Below are positions 19,023-27,671 of a stretch of 34,625 bases of DNA, piece by piece. This DNA comes from Candidatus Campbellbacteria bacterium (lineage in GTDB: Bacteria; Patescibacteriota; Minisyncoccia; Phycocordibacterales; UBA1006). Both the position numbers and the translations under genes were made by a program. The notes under the pieces were generated by a model. The model did no database searches. It saw nothing but the letters and a program-made list of their open reading frames with translations, and was not told the origin of the DNA. Within the stretch, counting starts at the first letter, position 1, and the number at the start of each line of letters is the position of its first letter. The stretch is from assembly GCA_002698305.1 (NCBI GenBank), contig NZWR01000003.1:76794-111418 (forward strand), given 5' to 3'.

Positions 19023-20156
19023 ATGAAATTACGTCTAAAAAATATTATTGTCGGTTCAGCTATGGGTCTTTTGATAGCGATAGGAGCCATCGCTGTGCGA
19101 TCAGAAATGACGCAAGCAGCTGATTCAACCCCATTAACGGTAGCAGGTGGTCGGGTACAGGATTTGCAAATACTTTCTCCAAGTACCCCAGGCTTCTATT
19201 CACAAAGCAATGATAATAGCGTAACAGTGCTCGGTTTAACAACATCAAACTCCCCTACTGTTTTCAAGTTGGCGGGACTTCCAATATTGAACGGTTTAAC
19301 AGCATATGGAAATTCATATTTTGGAAGAATGTATACAGGGTATAGTTCAATACCCACGTCAGGTGCAGGTTTTGAGGCGTTCTCTAGTGGTGAACCAGTA
19401 ACCCTGAGCTCAAGTGGAGGTATTAGAATTCAATCACAGGCGACCTCTGGCGGTGGTGAAGCGGGATTTGAACAGTCAATTTCTGGTAATATATACACTT
19501 GTGTAAATGACTTTGGAGTGCTGCAAAAATGTGGCGCACTTCCTGAATCAGCAAGCTGTGGGCCAGCTCATGAAGGGTCAACATCATCAGCTCCGTCATC
19601 AGGGTTGTGTTCTTCAGGAACCGCAAGTTCGGTAAGTCCAGGTGGAGCACGAGGTGGGTATGATTATACCTGGACCTGTACTGATGGTGCAGCTTCGGTA
19701 AGTTGTGGATCGTATCAATCAGGAGGTACTCTCACTATAAATGGTCAATGTGGATCTGCTGACGGCGGAACCTATTCATCAGCTCCAAGCTCGAACCTGT
19801 GTTCAGCAGGATCAGCATCTTCGGTAAATGATGGTGGAGCATTTTCTGAACCTCGGTACACTTGGACTTGTTCAGGTTCTGGTGGAGGGTCAGATGACTC
19901 ATGTTCTGCAAGCTATTCTTCAGGTGGAGGGGGAAGTCTTCCTGTAAATGGCCAATGTGGATCTGCAGATGGTGGAACCTATTCATCGCCACCAAGCTCG
20001 AACCTGTGTTCAGCAGGAAACGCAACAAGTGTACAGACAAATCCAGGTGTTAAAGGAAATCCTGGAACCTATACTTGGGATTGTAACGGAACCGACGGAG
20101 GGTCAGATGACTCATGTTTGGCAACAGAAGGTTCTGGAGGCGGAAAAGAAGGTTAA
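19023..20156 (+). CDS. Secreted Cys-rich repeat protein (putative adhesin), paralogue 3
   Basis: Signal peptide; TCVNDFGVLQKC linker; three CG..GG..SS.PSS.LCS.G...YTW.C modules. Confidence 0.8.
   Translation: MKLRLKNIIVGSAMGLLIAIGAIAVRSEMTQAADSTPLTVAGGRVQDLQILSPSTPGFYSQSNDNSVTVLGLTTSNSPTVFKLAGLPILNGLTAYGNSYFGRMYTGYSSIPTSGAGFEAFSSGEPVTLSSSGGIRIQSQATSGGGEAGFEQSISGNIYTCVNDFGVLQKCGALPESASCGPAHEGSTSSAPSSGLCSSGTASSVSPGGARGGYDYTWTCTDGAASVSCGSYQSGGTLTINGQCGSADGGTYSSAPSSNLCSAGSASSVNDGGAFSEPRYTWTCSGSGGGSDDSCSASYSSGGGGSLPVNGQCGSADGGTYSSPPSSNLCSAGNATSVQTNPGVKGNPGTYTWDCNGTDGGSDDSCLATEGSGGGKEG
19740..20018 (+). repeat. Intragenic tandem module duplication (~207-bp period)
   Basis: AATGGyCAATGTGGATCTGC.GA.GG.GGAACCTATTCATC...CCAAGCTCGAACCTGTGTTCAGCAGGA at ~19740 and ~19947; related copies at ~16222, ~16414 and ~17950. 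Confidence 0.85.
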
Positions 20157-20177
20157 AACTCACATCTGTGGGTTTTT
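20155..20177 (+). terminator. Intrinsic terminator
   Basis: AAAACTCAC-atct-GTGGGTTTT. Confidence 0.65.
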
Positions 20178-20180
20178 CTA

Positions 20181-20210
20181 TTGACAAAATTATATTATGT
20201 AATGTATAAT
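20181..20210 (+). promoter_or_regulatory. Consensus sigma70 promoter
   Basis: TTGACA (20181-20186), 18 nt, TATAAT (20205-20210). Confidence 0.75.
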
Positions 20211-20235
20211 TTAGAAAACCTTAAAAATTATACTT

Positions 20236-22149
20236 ATGAAAAATTTAATCTTTTTTCTTGCGTTTGCTTTAACTACTTTTTCGTATGGGCAAATACCAGG
20301 AGTATTGGAAACTGAATCCTCAGTAAGTATTGAGGATCTAAAAACAGCTGGTGTTTCTCTCGGTTCTACAGGAGATACTAATGCCGATGGAATTGATGAC
20401 TTTATCTCTCAAGGGGTACGTACATTATTTCCATTTACATTTGGCACGACTCAGCATTTATCTGATGGTACTGCACAGTATACAAGTAATAATACTATTT
20501 TTACTCAGACTTATGATGGAGCAGTAGTTTCTGCTGATGTGAACAGTGATGGACATATAGATGTTTTCAATGGTGGAGCTACTTCCGTTACTGGAAATAG
20601 ATCACCAATCGCTGAAATCAATTTTGGCTCTCCGACTGGTACTTTTAATACAATTACTTTAATTGGCTTAGATTATGTCCGTGCAGGATGGGTTGATTAT
20701 GATAATGATGGTGACTTGGATTTAATCTATAGCGGTATTGATCCGGCTACAGGAGATAATCGCCTACTCGGGTATCGTAATGATGGAGGAACAACCTTCA
20801 CCAAAGATTTGGATAACACTGAGTTCGCTCTTAATGTAGGAAGTATTACATTTGGAAATTTAAATCTTGATAGTTTCCCTGATATATTTATCACAGGTAA
20901 CGATGACGCTGGAGTACCTCAATCATTTTTATTATTTAATGATCAAAATTTTGATATTGGTTCTGTTATAACAAGTGGTTTTACCAAAGTAAGACAGTCT
21001 TCTGTCATCATCAAGAATATAGATGGTGTTCCAGGAGATGAAATATTAATTACTGGTACTAAATCAAATGAATTAGGTGCCGCTGATTTATATATTAATA
21101 ACGGAAATAATACATTTACTCTTATGTCACCTGCATCAGCCTTGCCGCCGTTGTCTAAAAGTAAAATTAGAATTATTGACCCATATAAAGATGGAACTCT
21201 CGTAGTTATGGCAATAGGTAATCTAGATAATGGACAAAAGTACATGGGTTTCCACGATGCAACTTCAACTAGCCTTGCTTTAATTGCAAATGGCCCCGAA
21301 GGTATGCATTCAGGAGATATTTTAGAATTATCTAATGGAGATGTTATCGCTATGGGAGAGACAGAAAACCTCCCCTCATCTACTCCAGTAGTTGTATATT
21401 TAAGAAACATGGTTTCCAATAATACTGATACTGACGGTGATGGCGTTACTGACGTTGATGAAGGTACTGATGGAACTGATCCGAATGATCGATGTGACTT
21501 TGTTTTATCTAGTCAAACCGTTGAACCAAGTACTGCTTGGAAAAACGACGATTGTGATAACGATGGTTTATCTAATGAAGGTGAGTTGAACAATGGTACC
21601 GACCCGCTGAATCCTGATACCGACGGTGACGGTGTTACTGATGGTGATGAAGCAGCCGATGGAACCAATGGTACTAATCTCTGTAGTTTTGTTTTATCCA
21701 GTCAAACACTTCCTCCAAGCACTGCTTGGGAAAACGCTGACTGTGATAATGACGGATTAAATAATGCAGATGAATTAACGATTGGAACCGATCCGCTGAA
21801 TCCTGATACTGATGGTGATGGTGTGCTTGATGGGGATGACAATTGCCCTCTAGAGGGACCTCCCGGTCAAGGTCAGACCAGTAATCCTGATGGATGTAAT
21901 ACCTTAGGTGTTGAAGATAATTCATTGAATACCTTTGTAATGTATCCAAATCCAGCAGACACGAGTGTAACAATTGAGCTAGAACATCAGACATCTGATA
22001 TTTCTATCGTGATTGTTAATATGCTTGGGCAAACAGTGATGACAAGTAACAGCTTAACTGTTGATGTCTCGCAATTGAGTTTAGGTATGTATGTTGTTCA
22101 GGTATCTACGGATATCGGTTCATCAGCAAAACGACTGATGGTACAATAG
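20236..22149 (+). CDS. FG-GAP/VCBS-repeat and TSP3-repeat protein with a T9SS type A (Por secretion) C-terminal sorting domain
   Basis: Signal peptide; FG-GAP motifs (GDTNADGIDD, ADVNSDGHIDV, VDYDNDGDLDL, GNLNLDSFPDI); DTDGDG repeats; C-terminal MYPNPADTSVTI...IVNMLGQTV...DVSQLSLGMYVVQV...KRLMVQ. Confidence 0.88.
   Translation: MKNLIFFLAFALTTFSYGQIPGVLETESSVSIEDLKTAGVSLGSTGDTNADGIDDFISQGVRTLFPFTFGTTQHLSDGTAQYTSNNTIFTQTYDGAVVSADVNSDGHIDVFNGGATSVTGNRSPIAEINFGSPTGTFNTITLIGLDYVRAGWVDYDNDGDLDLIYSGIDPATGDNRLLGYRNDGGTTFTKDLDNTEFALNVGSITFGNLNLDSFPDIFITGNDDAGVPQSFLLFNDQNFDIGSVITSGFTKVRQSSVIIKNIDGVPGDEILITGTKSNELGAADLYINNGNNTFTLMSPASALPPLSKSKIRIIDPYKDGTLVVMAIGNLDNGQKYMGFHDATSTSLALIANGPEGMHSGDILELSNGDVIAMGETENLPSSTPVVVYLRNMVSNNTDTDGDGVTDVDEGTDGTDPNDRCDFVLSSQTVEPSTAWKNDDCDNDGLSNEGELNNGTDPLNPDTDGDGVTDGDEAADGTNGTNLCSFVLSSQTLPPSTAWENADCDNDGLNNADELTIGTDPLNPDTDGDGVLDGDDNCPLEGPPGQGQTSNPDGCNTLGVEDNSLNTFVMYPNPADTSVTIELEHQTSDISIVIVNMLGQTVMTSNSLTVDVSQLSLGMYVVQVSTDIGSSAKRLMVQ
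21427..21825 (+). repeat. 189-bp (63-aa) tandem repeat, about 2.1 copies
   Basis: Units begin at 21427, 21616 and 21805 (DTDGDGV.D...C.FVLSSQT..PSTAW.N.DCDNDGL.N..EL..GTDPLNP). Confidence 0.9.
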
Positions 22150-22192
22150 AATAGATCTTAATTGCCAAAATGTATTATTTTGAGCAAAAGAC

Positions 22193-22220
22193 ATCCCGCG
22201 AAGATATTTCGCGGGATTTT
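22193..22220 (+). terminator. Intrinsic terminator
   Basis: ATCCCGCGAA-gatat-TTCGCGGGAT followed by TTT. Confidence 0.7.
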
Positions 22221-22265
22221 GTTATATACAAAGGGCCAAATCAAATATGGTATACTAGAGACACT

Positions 22266-23066
22266 ATGTTTATAAAACCTAAAAAAATGATTGTTGCTAA
22301 TTGGAAAATGAATGTAACATCAGAAAAAGATGCTGAACGCCTTTTCCTTTCTATAAAAAATGTGGTCTCAAAACTTGAGTACACCAATATGATTTGCTGC
22401 CCTCCACATATGTATGTGAATCAGGTTGCACAACACGTAAGCAATAAAAATTACCGCGTCGGAGGACAAGATGCCTACCCAGAAGAATCAGGTTCACGAA
22501 CGGGAGAAACATCAGTATTGATGCAGAAGAATGCTGGAGCTGAATACATCATTCTTGGGCACTCGGAACGACGTCACCTAGAAACCAAACTGGATATTTC
22601 CCGAAAGGTAACGGCTGTTCTTGAGCACGGCATGATGCCAATTATCTGTGTTGGGGAAGAACAGCGTGACAAGAATTGGAAGAAAAATCTAATTCAACAA
22701 GTCCGTGATGTGTTTAATCGCGTACCAAAAAAAGAACCGGAAAATATCATTGTTGCTTACGAACCAATTTGGGCCATCAGTTCTGATAAGAAAAACCCAG
22801 CCACCTCTGCTGAATATATGGAGGCCTTAGAGGTTATTAAAAAAGAACTGCAAAAGATTTTTAAAACCGTCGCTGCAGCAAGTAAAATTCGTTTCTTATA
22901 CGGAGGCTCTCTTGATGATAAAAACATCGAAGACTTTTTGAAAAATGCCGAGGTTGATGGATTCTTGGTTGGTCGTGTATCACATGATCCACGAATTCTG
23001 ATGACCATGTTCAGACTTATCGAAGATCATGTTCAAAAAGAGCTCTTTGCACCAAAGGAAGAATAA
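22266..23066 (+). CDS. tpiA: Triosephosphate isomerase
   Basis: ANWKMN, ILGHSERR, AYEPIWAI, LYGGS. Start at ATG 22266 (or 22287). Confidence 0.93.
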   Translation: MFIKPKKMIVANWKMNVTSEKDAERLFLSIKNVVSKLEYTNMICCPPHMYVNQVAQHVSNKNYRVGGQDAYPEESGSRTGETSVLMQKNAGAEYIILGHSERRHLETKLDISRKVTAVLEHGMMPIICVGEEQRDKNWKKNLIQQVRDVFNRVPKKEPENIIVAYEPIWAISSDKKNPATSAEYMEALEVIKKELQKIFKTVAAASKIRFLYGGSLDDKNIEDFLKNAEVDGFLVGRVSHDPRILMTMFRLIEDHVQKELFAPKEE

Positions 23067-23098
23067 GCCTTTGGTTTTTTCTTTGCTATAATCAAAGT

Positions 23099-24244
23099 AT
23101 GAACATTGTTGAACAAGTAAAAAATCGCTCTATTGCCACGGTAGATGATTTAAAAGGAAAAAAGGTAATTGTCCGCATAGATGTAAACACGTCATTAGGT
23201 GAAAATGGAACGGTTGATCCAGGGGAAGACTGGAGAATTTTAAAGTCGTACCGAACCATCGAGTATCTTCTTGAGCGCGAAGCATGCGTAATACTAATAT
23301 CACATATTGGCCGCGACCCAGAAGAATCACTTAAGCCAGTATATGAGTATATGAAAGAACATTTTACTCTTGGTTTTATTCCTCACTGGGATGCACAAGT
23401 TCTCGAGCATACTATTGAAAATATGCAGCATGGGTCTGTAGTGATGCTTGAAAATGTACGACAATTTGACGAAGAAAAGAATAACAATCTTGACTATCTT
23501 AACAATGTGATAGCGATGGCAGATTATTATGTGAATGACGCTTTCTCTGTTTCACACAGGAATCATGCCAGCGTATCAGCTATTACTGAAATGCTGCCAT
23601 CATATTTTGGCTTGCAATTTGCTGACGAGGTAACACATGTAGCTAAGGCCTTAGACCCTTCAAAAAAGAGCGTCCTTCTTCTAGGAGGAGCAAAATTTGG
23701 AACGAAAATCGATTTACTTGAAAAATTACTTCCTCAAATCGAATATGCTTTGGTTGGTGGAGCGCTTGCAAATGTTTTCCTTGATGCGCGTGGTATTGAT
23801 GTAGGTGCGTCTTTTAAAGACGATGTTGATATTAGTCACATGGTAGAAAACCCTAAAATAGTGCTCCCTATCGATGCAGTAGATCAGCACGGCGATATTA
23901 TTAGTGTGGATGAAGTACGTAAAGAGGATATGATTCTTGATATTGGCCACGCTACTGAAAAAGTATTTGAAAAAATTATTGATCAAGCAGAAATTGTTGT
24001 CTGGAATGGACCCATGGGTAAATATGAAGACGGATATGTATCAGGCTCAGTTGCTATGGCAGATGCCCTATCAAAATCAAAAGCATTTTCTGTAACCGGC
24101 GGAGGGGATACAGCAACGGTCATTCTTGAAGAAGATTTGGTAGATGATTTTGATTTTATCTCAACTGGCGGAGGGGCTATGCTTGATTTTATGGTTGATG
24201 GCACGCTACCCGCGATAGATGCATTATTAAAAAACAACAGCTAA
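23099..24244 (+). CDS. pgk: Phosphoglycerate kinase
   Basis: VRIDVN, SHIGR, LENVR, YVNDAFSVSHRNHAS, LGGAK, WNGPMG, GGGDT, ISTGGGAML. Confidence 0.95.
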   Translation: MNIVEQVKNRSIATVDDLKGKKVIVRIDVNTSLGENGTVDPGEDWRILKSYRTIEYLLEREACVILISHIGRDPEESLKPVYEYMKEHFTLGFIPHWDAQVLEHTIENMQHGSVVMLENVRQFDEEKNNNLDYLNNVIAMADYYVNDAFSVSHRNHASVSAITEMLPSYFGLQFADEVTHVAKALDPSKKSVLLLGGAKFGTKIDLLEKLLPQIEYALVGGALANVFLDARGIDVGASFKDDVDISHMVENPKIVLPIDAVDQHGDIISVDEVRKEDMILDIGHATEKVFEKIIDQAEIVVWNGPMGKYEDGYVSGSVAMADALSKSKAFSVTGGGDTATVILEEDLVDDFDFISTGGGAMLDFMVDGTLPAIDALLKNNS

Positions 24245-24255
24245 GCTGGTGTTTT

Positions 24256-24987
24256 TTATTGCTCAATACCCCATTCTTTGAGAATCTCTTGTTCATGGTC
24301 AGCTGAGAGGGCTTTTTTAAATTTTGCATTATTTCCTTTTACTCGTGCCTCACATTCTGCCCAAGAACTATGTTTTTGAAGCTCTCCATCTATGAGCGAA
24401 AGGTATGAATAGGCTTTTCCAGAAGATGATTTCTTCGATGCTTTTAATTGTTCCGACATATCTGGAACAGAGAGAACATTACCGTGGGGATACTGTGAAA
24501 GTCGCCCGCGATAGAGTGAAACATTTGTTCCTTCGGCAAGCTCGCGTGCAATATCATCAACACGTTCGTTTCCAGGAACCCCAACATGACCGCGGACATG
24601 TTCCCAGGTAATGCTTTCTTTTCCACGTTTTTCAATTAATTCATACAGCTGCTCCCACAGAGCTTTATTTTTAACAGGTTCTTTTTGTGCTGTAATCCAT
24701 CCGTTCTTTTTCCATCCATACATCCATTTGGTGCATCCATTGATAGCGTACTGGGAATCTGTGTAGAGAGTAATAGGTTCGGTGTTCATTTCAGCATAGC
24801 TCAAGGCCGATACAATAGCAGCAAGCTCCATTTCATTATTGGTTGTTTGTAGTTTGGTACCGCCAAGCTCAATCACCTCATCAAGCTCTTGATAGACAAT
24901 AAGCGCTCCCCAACCACCTGGACCAGGATTTCCGAGCGATGATCCATCAGTAAAAATAATAAGTCTTTTTTCTGGAGTAGTATTCAT
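24256..24987 (-). CDS. rnhA: Ribonuclease HI with a C-terminal hybrid-binding (Cauli_VI-like) domain
   Basis: FTDGSSLGNPGPGGWG, TTNNEMEL, TDSQY, WKKNGW, PVKNKALW, HVRGHVGVPGNERVD; C-terminal SWAECEARVKG..AKFKK. Confidence 0.93.
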   Translation of the reverse strand: MNTTPEKRLIIFTDGSSLGNPGPGGWGALIVYQELDEVIELGGTKLQTTNNEMELAAIVSALSYAEMNTEPITLYTDSQYAINGCTKWMYGWKKNGWITAQKEPVKNKALWEQLYELIEKRGKESITWEHVRGHVGVPGNERVDDIARELAEGTNVSLYRGRLSQYPHGNVLSVPDMSEQLKASKKSSSGKAYSYLSLIDGELQKHSSWAECEARVKGNNAKFKKALSADHEQEILKEWGIEQ

Positions 24988-25057
24988 ATAAAAATTGTAA
25001 CATAGAAATGAATGTCATATTTCTACAGGTACCTATCATATCTGATACAATAGATAT

Positions 25058-25540
25058 ATGAAAAAAGGATTTACGCTTATAGAACTGCTTGTAGTGATTT
25101 CAATCATTGGTGTTCTCTCATCAACAATTTTAGGCTCACTGAGTGATGCTCGTTCTCAGGCTCGCGATGCACGAAGATTACAAGATGTTCGAAGTATCAA
25201 AACGGCACTCGAGGTATACTATGCCAACAACGGACAATATCCTGCTACTAGTTGGCAATATAGCCATACATCCAGTTGGGATAATTTAACGACGCTTTTA
25301 GGTGGATCTCTTCCAGTTGATCCTATTAATGAAGCGGCAACCACTTCATCAGGAGCTTATAGTTATTCATATTTTGCGCATCCAAGCCCTGATTACTGTG
25401 AAGGTCAGGCATATATGCTGCTCTATAACTTAGAAAATTCAATAGGAAACGACCCAGATGATGGTGTAACCTTTTGTAACGGCAGCACTTTTGCTTATGG
25501 AAATGTATTCGTAACAGGAGTATCACCTGCTGAAAACTAA
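25058..25540 (+). CDS. Type IV pilin / GspG-like pseudopilin
   Basis: KKGFTLIELLVVISIIGVLSSTIL, ARDARRLQDV, ALEVYY, LPVDP. Confidence 0.9.
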   Translation: MKKGFTLIELLVVISIIGVLSSTILGSLSDARSQARDARRLQDVRSIKTALEVYYANNGQYPATSWQYSHTSSWDNLTTLLGGSLPVDPINEAATTSSGAYSYSYFAHPSPDYCEGQAYMLLYNLENSIGNDPDDGVTFCNGSTFAYGNVFVTGVSPAEN

Positions 25541-25572
25541 TAGGTTGCATCTGTGCAAACATGGGTATAAAA

Positions 25573-25596
25573 AAAGACCAGATTTCACTGGTCTTT
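25573..25596. terminator. Terminator between convergent genes
   Basis: AAAGACCAG-atttca-CTGGTCTTT with an upstream A-run (U-tract on the minus strand). Confidence 0.7.
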
Positions 25597-25615
25597 GTGT
25601 TTGAATTCTTCTTGC

Positions 25616-26074
25616 TTACGCAACAAGAATCTTTACTCGATTCCGGCGGTAGCCACGTTTTTCGTTGAATTTACCTTTATAAATCATACGAATAGGACTT
25701 ACGACAATTGGGTCAATTACCTCAACACGCTTGCTCTGTTCATAGAAAGCTTCAGGTTCTTCTGCCACCTCTCCCCACTCTTCCTGGTAAGCTTGTAGCT
25801 GAAGTTTGTCTAAGAAATCTTTATTAAAGTTCGGTATTTCTACAGGTGATAGTCGTATACCTGCACGCAGAGGGTGCTGAAAAGTATCAAGAGCTTGTGT
25901 CTGATAATCACCGCAGTACTCATCACAGCAAAATTCTTCATCAACGCCATCAAAATCAAGGCAATACTCAAAGTGATTTTTCCGTACACGGTCATTCTCA
26001 AACGGATCACTGTTTTCAATCATTTGACCTGGGAATAACTCGTTTAATTCGTGGGTGGTAAGTTGAATACTCAT
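25616..26074 (-). CDS. Hypothetical protein
   Basis: 152-aa ORF with an upstream TGtTATAAT -10 on the minus strand (26103-26111) and a downstream terminator; no family recognised. Confidence 0.6.
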   Translation of the reverse strand: MSIQLTTHELNELFPGQMIENSDPFENDRVRKNHFEYCLDFDGVDEEFCCDEYCGDYQTQALDTFQHPLRAGIRLSPVEIPNFNKDFLDKLQLQAYQEEWGEVAEEPEAFYEQSKRVEVIDPIVVSPIRMIYKGKFNEKRGYRRNRVKILVA

Positions 26075-26113
26075 AATGATATATTTTAAAATTGTTTTTA
26101 TTATTATAACACA

Positions 26114-26145
26114 AAAAAATAAAAGTCAAACGACTTTTATTTTTT
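26114..26145 (-). terminator. recA terminator overlapping its stop codon
   Basis: AAAAAATAAAAGTC-aaac-GACTTTTATTTTTT. Confidence 0.6.
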
Positions 26146-27228
26146 ATCTTCTTTCATTGCTTTTCTAATTTCTTTTTCAAGTTGGTTCATGATTTTAGTT
26201 TCACTTTCAAGCTTCTTTCGTGCTGCATCATATCCGCGTCCAAGCTTCATTTCCTCGTCAAGTTTTGATCCTTCAGCTGGCAGATATGTGTATGAGGCTC
26301 CTGCTTTTTTGATCAGGCCAAATTTTTCTCCAAGAGCCAGAAGCTCTCCGTTTTTGGCGATTCCTTCTCCGTAAATAATATCGAATTCAGTTTTCCTAAA
26401 TGGTGCAGCTACTTTGTTTTTTGCTACTTTTACGCGCGTACGTGATCCGACAACCTCATCTCCTTTTTTGATTTGTGCAATCCGGCGAATATCAAGTCGT
26501 ACCGATGAGTAGAATTTCAATGCTTTTCCTCCTGGGGTTGTTTCTGGTGATCCAAACATTACTCCAATTTTCATACGGATTTGGTTAATAAAGATAACTG
26601 TGGTGTTTGATTTTGCTACCAGAGCTGTTAGTTTACGCAGAGCTTGTGACATCAAACGTGCTTGTTTTCCAACATGGTGTGCACCCATATCACCTTCAAT
26701 TTCATCTTTTGGCGTCAGTGCGGCTACCGAGTCAATGACTACAACCCCAACATTTCCCGAGCGAACCAATGAATCAACAATCTCAAGAGCTTGTTCACCG
26801 GTATCTGGTTGTGATACTAAGAGTTGATCAGTCTTCACACCAATTGCCTTTGCATAGACTGGGTCAAGAGCGTGCTCTGCATCAATAAAGGCGCAGACAT
26901 CACCTTTCTTTTGGGCTTCTGCTACAACATGCAAGGTCAGCGTTGTTTTACCTGATGATTCAGGTCCATAAATTTCGATAATTCGTCCGCGTGGAATTCC
27001 TCCAACACCAAGCGCATCATCAAGACCAATTGATCCGGTAGAGATGGCAGCAACATCTACTTTTGGTGCATCTCCTAGTTTAATGATTGATCCTTCACCA
27101 AATTTAGTTTGGATAAGATCAACCGTTTGAGCAAGCTGATCTTCTTTCTCTTGTTTTTTAATTTGAGCTTCGCTTGGCTTTTTAGCTTTTTTCGTTTTTG
27201 TTTCTTTTTCGTCTTTCTTTGCTGGCAT
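26137..27228 (-). CDS. recA: Recombinase A
   Basis: [82 protein letters not shown]. Confidence 0.98.
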   Translation of the reverse strand: MPAKKDEKETKTKKAKKPSEAQIKKQEKEDQLAQTVDLIQTKFGEGSIIKLGDAPKVDVAAISTGSIGLDDALGVGGIPRGRIIEIYGPESSGKTTLTLHVVAEAQKKGDVCAFIDAEHALDPVYAKAIGVKTDQLLVSQPDTGEQALEIVDSLVRSGNVGVVVIDSVAALTPKDEIEGDMGAHHVGKQARLMSQALRKLTALVAKSNTTVIFINQIRMKIGVMFGSPETTPGGKALKFYSSVRLDIRRIAQIKKGDEVVGSRTRVKVAKNKVAAPFRKTEFDIIYGEGIAKNGELLALGEKFGLIKKAGASYTYLPAEGSKLDEEMKLGRGYDAARKKLESETKIMNQLEKEIRKAMKEDKK

Positions 27229-27236
27229 GATGTGTG

Positions 27237-27671
27237 TTAATTTAGATTTGGTAATAATAGTTCTTCGTCTGGTGATTCTTCGACTTGGGATTGCTGGGCT
27301 TCATCCAGCGTTGTGAAGTAGTCAGGAGCTTCGGCTACCGATACAAGGGTGTACGAATATTCTCGTGAACTGCCGAATGAATCTTCAAGTCGTACTCTAA
27401 TTATAGTATGACCAGGGGCAAGAGCAATGGTATGCCTAAACTGCGAATCATCTTTGATGACAATCGGGTATCCGTTAATGCTTATGTGCTGGGTGTTTTT
27501 AACTCTTCCTACAATAGTTTTAGACATGTTGTCACTATACTCATAGTCTTGAATGTTTATATCAGTTAAGAGTGGCCCATCAATGATGCCGCTGAATCTG
27601 TTATAGGCAAAGAGGAGAATACCGAGACCAAGGAGGATACCGAGGGTACTGATAATAATTTTTCTCATCAT
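27237..27671 (-). CDS. Membrane-anchored protein with an Ig-like beta domain
   Basis: N-terminal TM helix; IVGRVKN...ISING...F...LAPG...I pattern; start overlaps the ftsK stop (ATGA). Confidence 0.7.
   Translation of the reverse strand: MMRKIIISTLGILLGLGILLFAYNRFSGIIDGPLLTDINIQDYEYSDNMSKTIVGRVKNTQHISINGYPIVIKDDSQFRHTIALAPGHTIIRVRLEDSFGSSREYSYTLVSVAEAPDYFTTLDEAQQSQVEESPDEELLLPNLN

Noticed and set aside
15917-20184. Alternative-frame ORFs in the Cys-rich genes with repeated MVNV/MDNV..QM motifs
   Set aside because: Frame-shifted shadows of the repeated NGQCGS modules, not independent genes.
15691-22149. Possible CRISPR array or DGR template/variable repeat pair
   Set aside because: Repeats are in-frame coding modules with mostly synonymous differences. 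There is no constant repeat-spacer pattern, no adenine-specific mismatch pattern, and no cas or reverse transcriptase gene in the window.
22266-23066. TpiA deviations (WAISSD in place of WAIGTG, VGRVS in place of VGGAS) as a sign of pseudogenisation
   Set aside because: Catalytic Lys, His and Glu are intact, the frame is uninterrupted and pgk is adjacent; more likely lineage divergence.
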